The notes under the pieces: model-generated
The model's input: only the letters and a program-made list of their open reading frames with translations
What the model was told of the DNA's origin: nothing
Database searches by the model: none
In this document: piece by piece, positions 30,597-47,267 of the stretch
Layout of the letters: every line of letters starts with the position of its first letter
Position numbering within the stretch: the first letter of the stretch is position 1
Made by a program: the position numbers and the translations under genes
Source of the DNA: an uncultured Gemmatimonadaceae bacterium
GTDB taxonomy: Bacteria; Gemmatimonadota; Gemmatimonadetes; Gemmatimonadales; Gemmatimonadaceae
Assembly (NCBI GenBank): GCA_963829055.1
Contig: CAWHHI010000011.1
Span: forward strand, 224,001 to 288,000
Reading direction: 5' to 3'
DNA: 64,000 nt

Positions 30597-32385
30597 TCAG
30601 ATCTCCGGGCCGAGATTCCCTGCCTCGAGCGACGACTCTCGGCAATCGCCTTGAGACGCGCGTCCTGGTTCTTCCGAAGGCGCGAATGCAACGACGCGCG
30701 CGGCGATACGCCATCGGGATGAAGATGCGTGCGCAGTCGAGCTGCGCCTTCGCCGCATCCTCGCTTCGCCAGCCGCTCGATCTCCCACGTCGTCCGCGAC
30801 AGCACCGTCGTCGCGAGGTAAATGTCGATCGCCGCGTTCGCCATGCGCTCCTGCAGAAACTGACGGTCGATGATCCTCTTGCCGTGGCGCAGGATCGCGT
30901 CCTCGACCCCGAGCGCGAGATCGTGCACCGAGCGTCTCGATCAGCCCCGCCTCGCGCTCGAGCGCCGGGTGCACGAGCGTGAATCGCTGCTTCGTGATCT
31001 GCCGACGCGCCCGGCCCGCGAGATACTCGCCGATGGCGCCGAGCGAACGGATCGGCGCCTTGAAGGCCGTGCCTAACGCCTTGAGCCGCTCGCCCGGCTG
31101 CTGCAGTCCCATGAGCGCGATCAGCGCACGCAGCACCTCGTTCGTCCCCTCGAAGATCAGGTTGATCCGCGAGTCGCGCACCGCCTGCTCGTACGGGATA
31201 CTCCTTCGAGTAGCCAATGCCGCCCGCGATCTGCAGCGCCTCGTTCGACGCGCGGAACGCGAGCTCCGACCCGAACACCTTGCACGCGGCCGTCTCGAGC
31301 GAGAAGTCGATGCCGCCGCGATCGACCATCCCCGCCGTCACCATCACCGCCGAGTCGAGCGCGTAACACTCGGCCGCGAGCGTCGCGATCTTGCGCTGGA
31401 TGATCTCGAACGATCCGATCGGCCGACCGAACTGCTCGCGCTGTTTCGCGTACGCGATCGCCTCGCGCATGATGCGCCGCGTTCCGCGCGCCGAGCCGGC
31501 CGCGAGCCCGAGCCGCCCCGAGTTCAGGATCTCGAGCGCGATGCGGAACCCCTGGCCCACGTCGCCGAGCCGGTCTTCCGACCGGCACGCGAACGTTCTC
31601 GAACGAGATGGCGCGCGTGTCCGACGCCTTGATGCCCATCTTCTCCTCGAGCTTGCCGAGCTGTCACGCCGTGCGCGTGCGCGTCGACGACGAACGCGGT
31701 CACCCGCGCCTTTCGCACGCCGTCGACCTCCACCGGCACCTTCGCGAACACGGTGAGGATGTCGGCGTAGCCCGCGTTCGAGATCCAGATCTTCGTGCCG
31801 TTGAGCACGTAGTGCGTGCCGTCGGCGCTCGGGACGGCGGTCGAGCGCATGGCCTGCGCGTCGGAGCCGGATCCCGGCTCCGTGAGACAGAACGCCGCGA
31901 TCGACTCGCCGCTCGCGCACTTCGGCAGGATAGCGCTGCTTCTGCTCCTCCGTTGCCGAACAGGACGATGCCCTTGCACCCGATCGACTGATGGGCGCCG
32001 AAGTACACGGTGAGCGCCGGGTCGATCGAGCCGACTTCGCCGAAAACGCGGTTGTAGACTTTGGCGGACGCGCCGAAGCCGCCGTACTCCTCGGGAATGC
32101 TGAGACCCATGAGCCCGAGCTGCGTGCATCCCCTGCCGCACGTCGTCGGGGAAGCGCGCGTCGTGGTCGAACTTCGCGGAGTCGACGGACGCCTGCGCCC
32201 AATCGCGCATCGAGTCGAGGATCGCGCGGAGCGATTCCTGCTCGTCGTCGCTCAGCACCGGGAACGGAAAGACCAGCTCCTCGCGGATCTCGCCGAGGAA
32301 CGCGCTCTTGGTGAAGGACGGGTTGACGTCGGGGGCGGCGAGATGCGGCTCGTGTCTTGCCCGCGGTGGTCGGGGTCTCTGTCAT
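30597..32385 (-). CDS. Acyl-CoA dehydrogenase (ACAD9/VLCAD-like), frameshifted
   Basis: [53 protein letters not shown]. Confidence 0.92.
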
Positions 32386-32394
32386 GCAGAAAGC

Positions 32395-33698
32395 ATGACC
32401 TCCGCCGCACCCGATTCGCCAGCCTCGCGCGCCAGTCGTCCCTGGCGTTTTTCGCGCGCTCCGTCACCGGAACTATCGGCTGTTCTTCAGCTGGACAGAC
32501 CGTCTCGCTCGTCGGCACGTGGATCACGCGCATCGCGACGAGCTGGCTGGTCTACCGTCTCACGGGTTCGGTGCTGCTTCTCGGCGTCGTCGGCTTCTTC
32601 GGCCAGATCCCGACGCTGATTCTCGCGCCGTTCGCCGGCGTGCTCGTGGACCGCTGGAATCGGCATCGGATCCTGGTCGTCACGCAGGTGCTGTCGATGC
32701 TGCAGTCGTTCGCGCTCGCGGGGCTGTCGTTCGCCGGCATCATCACGGTGCCGCGACGTGCTGCTCCTGCAGATGGCGCAGGGCATCATCAACGCGTTCG
32801 ACACGCCGGCCCGGCAGTCGTTCGTCGTCGAGATGGTCGACGGACCGCGACGACCTGCCTAACGCTATCGCGCTCAACTCGTCGATGGTCAATCTGAGCC
32901 GCGTGATCGGCCCGTCGATCGGCGGCGTGATCATCGCGGCGGTCGGCGAGGCGTGGTGCTTCTTCCTCGATGGACGTCTCGTACGTCGCAGTGATCGCGT
33001 CGCTGGTCGCGATGACGCGTCGCGATGCGCCCGCGCGAGCCGGCGACGACGCGCGATCAGCGAGGAGCTCGTCGACGGGTTCCGGTACGTGTCGCGCTTT
33101 CCGCCGGTGCGGTCCGCGCTGCTGCTGCTCGCGCTCGTGAGCACAATGGGAATGCCCTACACCGTGCTCATGCCGGCGGTGTCGCGACGAAAGTCCTGCA
33201 CGGCGACTCGCACACGCTCGGCTTTCTGATGACGGCGACCGGGATGCGGCGCCCTGGCCGGCGCGTTCTACCTCGCGTCACGGCGCACGGTTGTCGGACT
33301 TGGCCGCGTGATCGCGATCGCCGCCTGCACGTTCGGCGTCGGGCTCGTGCTGTTCAGCTTCTCGCGCAATCTCGTGCTCTCGCTCGTGCGTGCTGCCGAT
33401 CGCCGGCGCGGGGATGATGGTGACGATGGCGTCGACGAACACGGTGCTGCAGACGATCGTCGAGGAGCGGCTGCGCGGACGGGTGATGGCGTTCTACGCG
33501 ATGGCGTTTCTGGGTACGGCACCGATCGGGAGCCTGATCGCTGGCGTGCTGGCAGACCGCATCGGCCCGACGAATACCATCACGCTCGGCGGCTCGCGTG
33601 CATCATCGGCGGCATCGTGGTTCGCCGTCCGGCTCCCGAAGTTCCGCGCGCACGTGCGGCCGATCTACGTCGAGCGCGGTATCATTCCCGGGCCTTGA
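32395..33698 (+). CDS. MFS transporter (MFS_3-like), frameshifted
   Basis: RALRHRNYRLFF.GQ.VSL.GTW, AGVLVDRWNR, NAIALNS, RGRVM. Confidence 0.88.
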
Positions 33699-33838
33699 TG
33701 GCCGGAAAGCCTGTAGTCGTTAGGCCCGTCCGGTCAGCAACATCGTTCCAGAACGTTTCAGGCGCGCATGGCACGAGTGTGCGTGCGGAAACCGGACGGG
33801 CGCGGCTGCCGTAGAGGAGCTACCTCGACAGGAAGCCC

Positions 33839-35816
33839 ATGCGCGTCAAGCTCTGGCCAACGCTGGTTCACATTCCAGCTGTGATGCTGGCGGTACTGTT
33901 GCCGGCAGGTGGCGCGCATGCCCAGACGGGCCCGTGTACGGCGCGGGTAGACTCGGCGTCGACAGCTCTCGACTCGGCGATCGTCGCCGCGATGCGCGAG
34001 CACGGCGTGCCCGGCGCTGCACTCTCCGTCGTGCAGGACGGACGAGTCACGTACATGGCAGGGTATGGCTGTGCGAACGTGGGCCGATCGATCGCGGTCG
34101 ACCCGCGACGTACCGTCTTTCACGTCGCGTCCGTGTCGAAGCCGTTCGTGGCGCTCGCCGCGGTTCAGCTCGCGACGCGCGGCGTCGTGGATCTCCGCAC
34201 CGACGTGAATCGCTACCTGCGCGGCATGCAGGTCGCGCCCGGCTGGGACCGGCCCATCACACTGCATGATCTCCTCACGCACACGGCGGGACTGGAGGAG
34301 AGCATCGTCGGCTACGCCGCGCGCACACCGGCGGACGTCCGCCCGCTCGGCGAGTTCCTCGCCGAAAAGCTGCCGCGTCGCGGTTGGGCGCCTGGCGACG
34401 TCACGGCGTACTCCAATTACGGCTACGCGCTCGCCGGGTACGTCGTCGAGTCGGCGGCCCAGCTGCCGTTCGCGGACTACGTGCGGACGGAGATCTTCGC
34501 GCCGCTCGGGATGTCGCGTTCGTCGTTCGCGCAGCCGCCACCGCCGGAGCTCGAGCGCGACGCCGCCATCTCGTACCGTTGCTCGAAGGCGGGTTGCGAT
34601 CCGATCGAGCCGGACTTCCGATCCGCCTATCCTCCGGGCGGTCTGGTGACGACGGCCGACGACATGACGCGGTTCATGTTGGCGCGAGTTGGGCGCGCCA
34701 GTCGATGGCAAGCGGGTGCTGAGCGATTCCGTGCTTCAACTGATGCACACGCGGCAGTTCTCGCACGATCCCGCCCTTCCAGGCCTGACGTACGGCTTCG
34801 CCGAGGACGACGTCGCCGGACAACGCGCGCTCTCTCACGCGGGCGGTGCGTCAGGATTCATGAGCTTCGTCGTGCTCGTCCCCAGTCGGACGCTCGGCAT
34901 GTTCGTGGTGACCAACGGCGGGTCATCACGATTCGGCGCGGCCGCGCTCGCAGCGATCGATAGCCTCATGGATCCGTCGCGCCCAGCGAGGCCTGCGGCG
35001 TCGCGCCTAACGACCACGCGCGACCGCCACCGATCCGGTCGGCGCGTACCGGCTGACGCGCTACGCACATCGCGGCATCGAGAACCTGCCTGCGCTGTTC
35101 AACGGCCAGCTGCACGTCGAGCGCGGCGCGGGCGACACGATACTGGTTGCTGGACTGGGCGACGCCGGCGGACGCGTACGTTCCGGTCACGCCCACGCTG
35201 TGGCGGCGTGTGAACGGAGCTGACGTCGCGGCCGTGCGAACACGAGATGGCAAGGTCACGCACTTCTTCGGCTCGCAATCGTTCTTCGGAACGCGGATCA
35301 CCGTCGGCGTTCGAGCGTCTCGCCTGGTACGACGAACCGCACTTTCTGAACGAGGCGCTGTCGTACATCGTCGCGATTCCGCTGCTCGCGCTGCTCGCAT
35401 GGCCGGTCGTCGCCGCAGTGGTTTGGCTGGTGCGACGCCGCACTCGATTGGTGAGCTCGCATCCGCCCGTCGGCGGGACCGACCAGGCGGGCGCTACGCC
35501 GTCGCGGCCGCGGTCGCGTTTTCTGCCATCGCCACGTGGTTCGGCTTCGGGTTCATCGCCGTGACCAATCGCGCGGCGGAACGTGGTGCCGGAGAGATTT
35601 TCTACGGCGTGCCGCCGATGCTGCGCGTGCTGGCGTGGGCGCCGATCGCGCTCGTCCTTGCTCGCGGTCGTTCTCGTCGCGGCTACGGTCATCGGCTGGC
35701 GACGCCGCTGGTGGAGCATCCCGGGTCTGCTGCTCTTCACGACAGTCACCGTGAATGCGGTGTTGTTCGTCGCGCTGCTCGTGCGGTGGGGATACTTCCC
35801 GTTGGCGACGGGATGA
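33839..35816 (+). CDS. Beta-lactamase-family serine hydrolase with C-terminal TM helices, frameshifted
   Basis: Signal peptide, F.VASVSK, LLTHTAG, YSNYGY, HAGG. Confidence 0.85.
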
Positions 35817-35855
35817 CCCGCTGGATCAGCAGGCACCCCGCCGCCTCCGTCGACC

Positions 35856-37651
35856 TCAGTCTTCGGCCAACTCTCGAAGCAGTCGCACCGCCTGCATCGC
35901 GGTGACCGTTGGCTGCGCGCCGTGCTTGACCGCCTCGACGAGCGGACTGCGTCGCGTCCGTAGAGATCGTTCCCGAAGTGCAGTCGGCCGTCGCGCATGA
36001 ACGTCGTGAAGTAGACGATGTACACGGGCACCTTCTCCTTCAGGTTCACGCGGCGATCGTCCGGACCCGTTCTCCATCGCGTTGCTTGACCTGCTCGGGC
36101 GTCCAGCCCAGCACCCACTGCGCCATCTTCTCCGGATTCTCGAGACGAATACAACCGTGACTGAACGCACGCACGTCCTTCTGGAAGAGCTGATCCTCGG
36201 GCGTGTCGTGCATGTAGATCGAGTACGTGTTCGGGAACATGAACTTCACGAGGCCTAACGCGTTCTTGTCACCAGGCTTCTGGCGGATGCGGTCCTTGCC
36301 GCCCTCGGTACGATCTCGTAGTTGTTGCGCTCGAGGAACGTCGGGTCGCTCTCGACCTTCGGCCACAGCTCCTTCGCCATGATGCTGTCGGTCGCGTTCC
36401 AGTACGGACGGAAGACGACGTACTGCATGGAGTCGCTGAACGATCGGCGTGTTGCGATCCTCGTACTCCGCCCCGACGATCACCTTCATCTCCATCACCT
36501 GCTTGCCGTCGTCGTACGCCTCGAGGCGGAACGACGGGACGTTCACGAACACGTACTTGGCGCCGAGCGACACGCGGCATCCATCGGTAGCGCTCCATGT
36601 TCGCGGCGATCTGCCCGAGGCGATACGTCGCCGGGACGTTGAGCGCCTCGCACGGTCTCCTTCCCGAGCGCGCTATCGACGGAGATGCCGTGCTCGCGCT
36701 GGAACCTGGCGACGGCGCGCAGCGAGGCCGCGGTCGTAGATGACAGTCTGCGCGCTCGGCGCGACCGCCGCTCCAGCCTTCCCGACAGATTTCTGCGCGC
36801 GGCGTCGGCCGGACCGGCGTCAGACGCATCGGCGTGCCGACGTCATAGCCTTCGGCCGCGAGGCGGTCGCGCAGTGCCGTTAGGCGCTCCGCCGACGTCC
36901 GAATCGCCGGGCTTGAGACGCCTTGCCTGCTGGCACGAGCTCCCAACCGCCCTGCGCGATGATCTGCCGGTATCGCTGAAGCTGCTTCTGCAGCTCCTTG
37001 TACTCCTCGTACTCGGGACGCATCTGCGTCACCGAGACGTCGAACCGCCGGTCCGCGAGGAACCGCGCGAGCGTCGAATCGACCTGCGCGGCGTCGGCTC
37101 GATGTGCCAGTCCTGCGACAGCTTGCTCGGATCCACCTGACCGGTGAGCAGGTCCTGGCCGAGCGCGACGTACGTGGCCGTCAGCACGACGTCGAGGTCG
37201 CCGAGCAGCTCCGGCGTCGGCTGCTTCGCCTTGAGCAGGCGGAGAGCAGCCGGTGGAGATCATCGAGCGGATAGGCGTCGAGCGCGAGCGCGTCGGCGTC
37301 GGCGGTGAGCAGCGCCGTCATCAGCGTCTTCGTGCGACGCTCGCGGAGGCCGTCACCGTCGAGCCAGATCGGCGCAGCCGCCGAACTGCGCGTAGAGCTT
37401 CTTCGCGTGCTTCCACTGCGCCTCGGTGATCGGCTTCGGCCGCGTCCTTCCGCAGACGCTCCGCGATCGCCGAGCGAACCTCGGCCATCGGCACGCCCTT
37501 CACGGACTTGATCTTTGCGGGCTCGAACGAGTTGTCGATCTCGCCACCGGACGTCGCTGCGGCGCGGCTCCTTCGAGCCGAGCTTGTCGCAGCAGTTCCG
37601 AAGACGACGAGCAGCGCGAGACCCGCAGGCGACCCGCGCGAACGCTGGCAT
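35856..37651 (-). CDS. L,D-transpeptidase (YcbB/LdtD-like), frameshifted
   Basis: NMERYRW, VNVPSF.L, Q.PG..NALG.VKFMFPN, IYMHDTP, FSHGCIRL. Confidence 0.88.
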
Positions 37652-37839
37652 CGAGAACGTTGAGGTGATGTGACGGGTTCGAGCGAACCGTTCGCGGCGA
37701 ATGTGCATTGAAACGAATCTCCTGAGTGGGCACTCGACCCCGTGCAGGAGCAAACCGTTGGGGTCGGTGCGATTCGCCAATAGGCGAAATGCGGGCCACG
37801 GGCGCCGCGGCCTTGAGCAACGCAATCGGACGTCGGTAG

Positions 37840-39867
<2,028 letters not shown>

Positions 39868-39868
39868 T

Positions 39869-41496
39869 CTAGAATCGCTGCCAGCGCGAACCCACGGCCT
39901 AACGACACCACCCAGCCCGCCGGCTCGCGGTCGTTCTCGAACCGGTACGCGAAGTCCAGACGGCCCACGATCGATCCGGCCGACCGAATCGATCCGATGC
40001 GGAAACCGAAACCGGCGTCGGTGCCCGTGCGGCGCTCCGCGCCGTCGAACCACGCACCGCCGTGATCCACGAAGCCCGCGATACCCAGACCCAACAGACC
40101 CAGAAAGCGCGGCAGCGCCAGCCACCGGTACTCACCGTTCAGCAGGTAGTACCGGTCGCCCGTGAACGCATGCGACGGGAACGCCCGCACCCCGTAGCCG
40201 AGGCCGAGGTCGTACTCGACGCCGAACGGCGGATTGTTGAGCTGCCCCGCCGCGACGTTCGCCGACCAACAGGTGGCGGTCGTTAGGCTGCATCACCGCG
40301 AGCAGGGATGCGTCGGCGCTCGACGAGTCGACGCCGGCGCTCGAGTGGAGGCCGCCCACCGACGCGCCGAGTTGCGCGAAGCCCGCCGGCACGCGCAGCC
40401 CCGCCGACGCCGCGAGGCGGCCGCCGACGCCGTTGCGCTCGTACCCCCACGCACGCGGTGCGATCGCGACGTCCGCGCGAACCGTCGGCCCGAGATCGAC
40501 GTCCTCCACACGACCCATCGCCTCGTAGTTGCGAACCTGGATGTAGCGCGGCGCGCGAAGCGGCGACGTACGGTCCGGCCGCCACCGTGATCGTGCGCGG
40601 AAGCTCCGCGGTGCCTCCCTCCTCGCCGAAATCGTCGCGACGCACCTGCCCGTGAAGCCCGACGCGCACGTAGCCGCGCGAGCTCGCGCGAAGCGCCATC
40701 GCGCCGTCGGCGCGCAGGATCGCGAACTTCCGTCGCGCCGAGTCCTCGCGAAACGCGTGCCCCCCTCGTAGTGCAGCACGCGACCGTCGAACAGGCCCCA
40801 GCTCAACGATCCGCCCTGACGCGACGACAGGCTGACGAACGGATAGTTGAGTGCCGCGCCCGCCGAATGTCCGTCCGATCGGCGGGAGTAGGACGCCCCA
40901 ATACCCACACGATTCGCGATCAGCCGCGGCGTGTCGAACCCGACGAGCACCGTCGTGCGGTCGGGATCGTTCTGGTAGCCTAACGTGGCGATCGTTCGCG
41001 TGCCCAGCAGGTTGATCTCCTGCACGAACGCATTGATGACGTGCTGCGTCCCACTCGTGCGGAGGCCGAAGCCGAGGTTCGTCGTCCAGCCGTCGGTCGT
41101 CCGGACGCGCACGGTCACGCCCGAGTCGGTGGTGACGGTGTCGATCTGCACGTCGCGGAAGATCGACGAGCGCGCGAAGGTTCCGCGCCGACTCGTTCAC
41201 GCGCGCGGTGTCGTACGGCTCACCCGGTCGCGAACAGCAGCTCGCGCCGAATCACGTAGGGCCGAGTCTCGCACGTGCAGCGCGTTGACGAGGGCGAAGC
41301 CCCAGAACTGTTTCGCCTCGGCGGAGTCGAACACCTCGCCGCGATCGATCACGATCCGGCGGATGATCGGACCGCTCGGGCGGCCGCTACGTGACACCGC
41401 CAGGAGCTCCCTGCGCCGGCCGCCCCAGCGCCGACGATAACGCCGCCAGCATGGTCGCGACTGCGCGACGGACGGCGATCGGGCGAGGACGGTCAT
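39869..41496 (-). CDS. BamA/TamA-like outer-membrane protein (POTRA-like plus barrel), frameshifted
   Basis: IRRELLF, ESARNLRAL, V.VRTTD.WT, EINLLG, GVRAFP...FTG, FVDHG.AW, RLDFAY. Confidence 0.7.
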
Positions 41497-41603
41497 TCGG
41501 CTCCGGCAGGGTGCACGAGGTACGAGGAGCGAGAAGGCTGCCGCACGTGCCGGATGCATGTCAATCGCGAACTGGCTGCCTCCGTCCTCTGACGCTGTCA
41601 TGC

Positions 41604-44600
41604 CTACGGGACGAAACGCGGCTTCGTGTCGGCGTGAATGACGTGCGGCGTCCCGGCGAGCGCCTGGTTGATCCGCGCCACTCGCGACGCGATGATCGCA
41701 TCGAGGCGAGCCTGCGCCTGATCGGTTTCCGTCTTCAGCTCGCCGAGTCGCAGCATCTCGCCCGCGGTCGGCGGCATCAGCGGCCGCCAGACCATGCCCG
41801 ATACCGTCTGCACCTCCTCGCGGAGACGCGGATACTGTCGGTACCCGAGCCCCGCGAGCGGACGCGCGAGCACCGAGTCGCGGAACTGCCGGAGGTCCTT
41901 GAGCGTCGCCGTCCACGTCGGCCAGCACACGACGCTGCGTCGCCGCCGCAGTCGTGTCGGCCGCGCACCATCGCCCGCGGCTCCGCGGCGGGCGACGCAG
42001 CTGATTCTGGAGCGCGGTGAGTTGCCGCATGATGTCGTCGGTCGCCGACGATCACCTGGTTGACGCGCATCGTCAGATCTCGCAGCTGGATCGCCGCGTC
42101 GTGCTGCGCGACGACCTGCGCCGGCGTCATGTCGCTCCGCGGATCCATGTCGACCTGCACCGTCTTCGTGTACTGACGTCCACCGACCGAGAGCGCCACG
42201 GTGTAGTCGCCCGGCAGCACCGACGGAGCCCGTCGGCCCCGCGAACGCTTCGTCCTCGTTAGGCCCTTCGTGCCACCCTCGGTCGCCGCTCGCCGACGCG
42301 CGCGCAGCGCCTCGAGCGACGTGTCGGCCGGTGTGCCCGGCCGCAGCGCCCGCCGCCGCGGCACGCGCGGCACCACCCGCCGGCCCGCCCGGTGGCGCGT
42401 CGTAGCGCAGATCCCACGCGACGCGATTGACGCCCGCCTCGTCGTTCACACGCCGCATCCGCCGTAACGACCTTCCCGTCCTTGTCGCGAGATCGTGACG
42501 TTCACCTCGCCCGGCGGCTGCTCCTTCAGGTAGTACGTGATCAGCGCACCCGGCGGCGGATTCTCGCCACGCCACGACTTCTGCCCGAGGTTGCCGTCGC
42601 GGCTCCACAGGCTCCAGCGCACCGCCGGGCGGATGTCGAACACGCACCACGTCCGACGCCTTCACCGACTCGAGCTGCTGCAGCGCGGTGATGTCATCCA
42701 TGATGTAGAGGCCGCGGCCGTGCGTCGCGAGCAGGAGGTCGTTGTCGCGCGGATGAATCTGGATGTCGCGCACCTGCACGACCGGCAGATCGCCGCGCAG
42801 CGACGTCCAGTGCGCGCCGCGATCCCACGACGCCCACACGCCCATCTCGGTGCCGATGTAGAGAAGATTCCGATTCTTCGGATCCTCGCGCACGACGTGC
42901 ACCCACGCCGCCTTCGCCGGCAGGTCGCCGGTGATGCGCGTCCACGTCTTGCCGTAGTCCGTCGTCATGTACGCGTACGGCGTGTAGTCGTCGTCCTGAT
43001 GGTGATCGGCGGCGACGTACGCGGTGCCGGCGTCGTAGTGCGACGCTTCGACCGTCGGGATCCACGCGTTAGGCTTGAGTCCCGGCACGTTCCTGAACAC
43101 GTTCGTCCACGTCTTCCCGCCGTCGCGCGTGACCTGCACGTTGCCGTCGTCGGTGCCGACCCAGATGACGTTCGAGTCCAGCGGCGACGGCGCGATCGTC
43201 AGGATCGTGCAGTGGAACTCCGCCGCCGTGTTGTCGACGACGATCGGGCCGCCCGACGACTGCTGCTTCGCCGGATCGTTGGTCGTGAGGTCGCCCGAGA
43301 TCGGCTGTCCACGACATGCCGTAGTCCGTGGACTTGAACAGCACGTTGCCGCCGAAGTACACGACCTTCGGATTCTGCGGCGAGAGCGCGATCGGCGAGT
43401 TCCAGTTGAAGCGATACTTGTGCGAGATCATCGCGTCGCCGACGGAGCCGACGCGATTCGGGTACGGGTAGATCGTCTTCTGCGTCCCGGTGCGCGTGTC
43501 GGTGATGTTGAGCATCCCGCCCTGCGCGTCGGAGTAGACGAGCCACGGCTTGTCCATCACCGGCACGGTGAAGAAGCCGTCGCCGCCCGACACCGTGTAC
43601 CAGTCGGTCTTTCGGTTGCCCTGGCCGCGACAGCGTCTGGCTCGGCCCACACCAGTTGCCGTTGTCCTGCAGCCCGCCGCACGCCATGTACGGGCGCTGC
43701 ATGTCGTAGTTGATGTGGTAGAACTGCGTGAACGGGAACGTGTTCACGACCTCGAACGTCCTGCTGCCGTCGTAGCTGACCTGCCAGCCGCCGTCGGATC
43801 CGCTGAGGACGCGATTCGGGTTGAGCGGATCGATCCACATCGCCTGATGGTCGCCGTGCACGTCGCGCGCGATCGTGCGGAACGTGGTGCCGCCGTCTTC
43901 CGACAGGTACAGTGACCCTGAGAGCGAGAAGATCGCGATTCGGATTCTTCGGATCGACGCGAATGTCGGCGTAGTAGAACGGGCGGAAGTTGATGTTCGG
44001 ATCGCGGTTCACCGTGCGCCATGTCGCGCCGGCGTCGTCCGACCGCCACAGCTCGCCTTCGCTCTTCGTCTCGCTGATGACGTACACGATGTTCGGATCG
44101 CTCGGCGCCACCGCGACGCCGATGCGGTCCATGTCGCCCTTCGGCAGCCCGCGCTCCTGGTCCTTTGCCCGACAGCCGCTCCCACGTGTCGCCGCCGTTC
44201 ACCGACTTGTAGACCGCGGTGTTGCCGCCGCCCGACTCGAGGTGCCACGCCCAGCGCCGGTAGGTGTACATGCCGGCGTAGATGATGTTCGAGTTGTCCG
44301 GATCGGCGGAGATGTCGGAGCAGGCGGTCTGCGGATCGACGTACAGCACCTTCTTCCACGACTTGCCGCCATCGACCGTCTTGAAGACGCCGCGCTCCTC
44401 GTTAGGCCCCCACTCGCGCCCGAGTGCCGCACGCGTACACGATGTCGGGGTTGCGCGCGTCGATCACGATGCGCGCGATCTTGTCGCGTCTTCTCGAGAC
44501 CGATGTGCGTCCAGTGCTCGCCGCCGTCGATCGACTTGTACATCCCGTCGCCGACCGACGCGTTGTTGCGCGGGTTCCCTTCACCGGTGCCGACGTAGAT

Positions 44601-44981
44601 CACGTTCGGATCGCTCGGCGCGATCGCGATCGCCCCGATCGACGAGACGTCCTGCTTGTCGAAGATCGGCTTGAACGTCGTGCCGCCGTTCGTCGTCTTG
44701 ATGATCCCGCCGTTCGCGCCGGCGACGTAGTACGTGAAGCGGATCGCCCGGAACGCCGACGACGACCGAGATGCGGCCGGCGTTGTTCGCGGGACCAACC
44801 GATCGCCAGTTGAGCCGCCGCACGCGTCGTCGATCGGCAGACCGGGATCGCGAGGTCGGCCGCGACGCCTTGTCGGACGGAGGGGGCCGAGGGCGGCGTG
44901 TTCTGCGCCGGGCGGCTGCGCGTGCGGCGTGCGACAGGAGACAGCGCAGGAACAGCCACGAACGAGGGATGCGCACGTCAT
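41604..44981 (-). CDS. VPS10/BNR (Asp-box) repeat protein, frameshifted
   Basis: WRSVGP...GRI, repeated S.D.G.TW boxes, YVGTGE, GGLQDNG, GGDGF, ATHGRG. Confidence 0.88.
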
Positions 44982-45200
44982 TGGGCGATACCTCGATGAT
45001 AGGGAGATCGTAGACGGGTAGAACGTCTGCGTACGGTGCTCGCGCTACATTGCAGCGAACGGTTGCGCCTTCGCCAGCGAATCCGAAACCCTGGGTCACC
45101 GGGTAATGTCCAATTTCAGTAACGGGCGGTGTCATTCGGTCGTCGGCGCCGTTTTCGCCCGCCCTCCGTTCCCGGTTCCCTGTTCCCGCTGTCCCTGCCG

Positions 45201-46690
<1,490 letters not shown>

Positions 46691-46777
46691 CAGATTGCCG
46701 GGGGGTGCCCACGTGGTCAGATTCGCCGTCGTCGCTCGCGAGTCTCGCCGTCACTTTCGCCCACTACCCCTCGCCTC

Positions 46778-47260
46778 ATGACTGTTCCGCCCACCGCGAC
46801 CGTCCCGGCGGCTGACCGCCGGCATCAACGAATACGTCGGCTGGATCGTCGCCCGCATCGGCAGCGTCCGGCTACCGCACCGACCTCCAGATCGGCGGCT
46901 TCAATTTCATGGCCGACGAACCGACGAGCATCGGTGGTAGCAGGCTCGGCCCTACACCATACGAGTTCCTGCTCGCCGCATCGGCGATCGTGCACGGCAA
47001 TGACGCTACGCATGTACGCGTCGCGCAAGGGGTGGCCGTTCGAGAGCGTCGTCGTGCGTCTTCGCGATACGCCGCTCGCACATGAAGGACTGCGTCGACT
47101 GCCGCGACGTCCGCCGTCGGCCCGCGAAACATCGATCGCATCGTCGAGCTCAACGGCGATCTTTCGCCGGAGCAGCGAACGCGACTTCATGCAGATCGCC
47201 GACCGCTGCCCGGTGACACAAACGCTCACGCGTGGAATTCAGATCCGAACCGTGGAGTAG
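46778..47260 (+). CDS. OsmC family protein, frameshifted
   Basis: ADEP...GG...GPTPYE, CTAMTLRMYA.RKGW, IADRCPV. Confidence 0.85.
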   Translation: MTVPPTATVPAADRRHQRIRRLDRRPHRQRPATAPTSRSAASISWPTNRRASVVAGSALHHTSSCSPHRRSCTAMTLRMYASRKGWPFESVVVRLRDTPLAHEGLRRLPRRPPSARETSIASSSSTAIFRRSSERDFMQIADRCPVTQTLTRGIQIRTVE

Positions 47261-47267
47261 ACCCCGA

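Noticed and set aside
33839..35816. Beta-lactam resistance gene
   Set aside because: Generic SxxK serine hydrolase with C-terminal TMs; no specific beta-lactamase signature.
45165..45198. Short TTCCC reiteration before the kinase
   Set aside because: Too short and degenerate to support a functional call.
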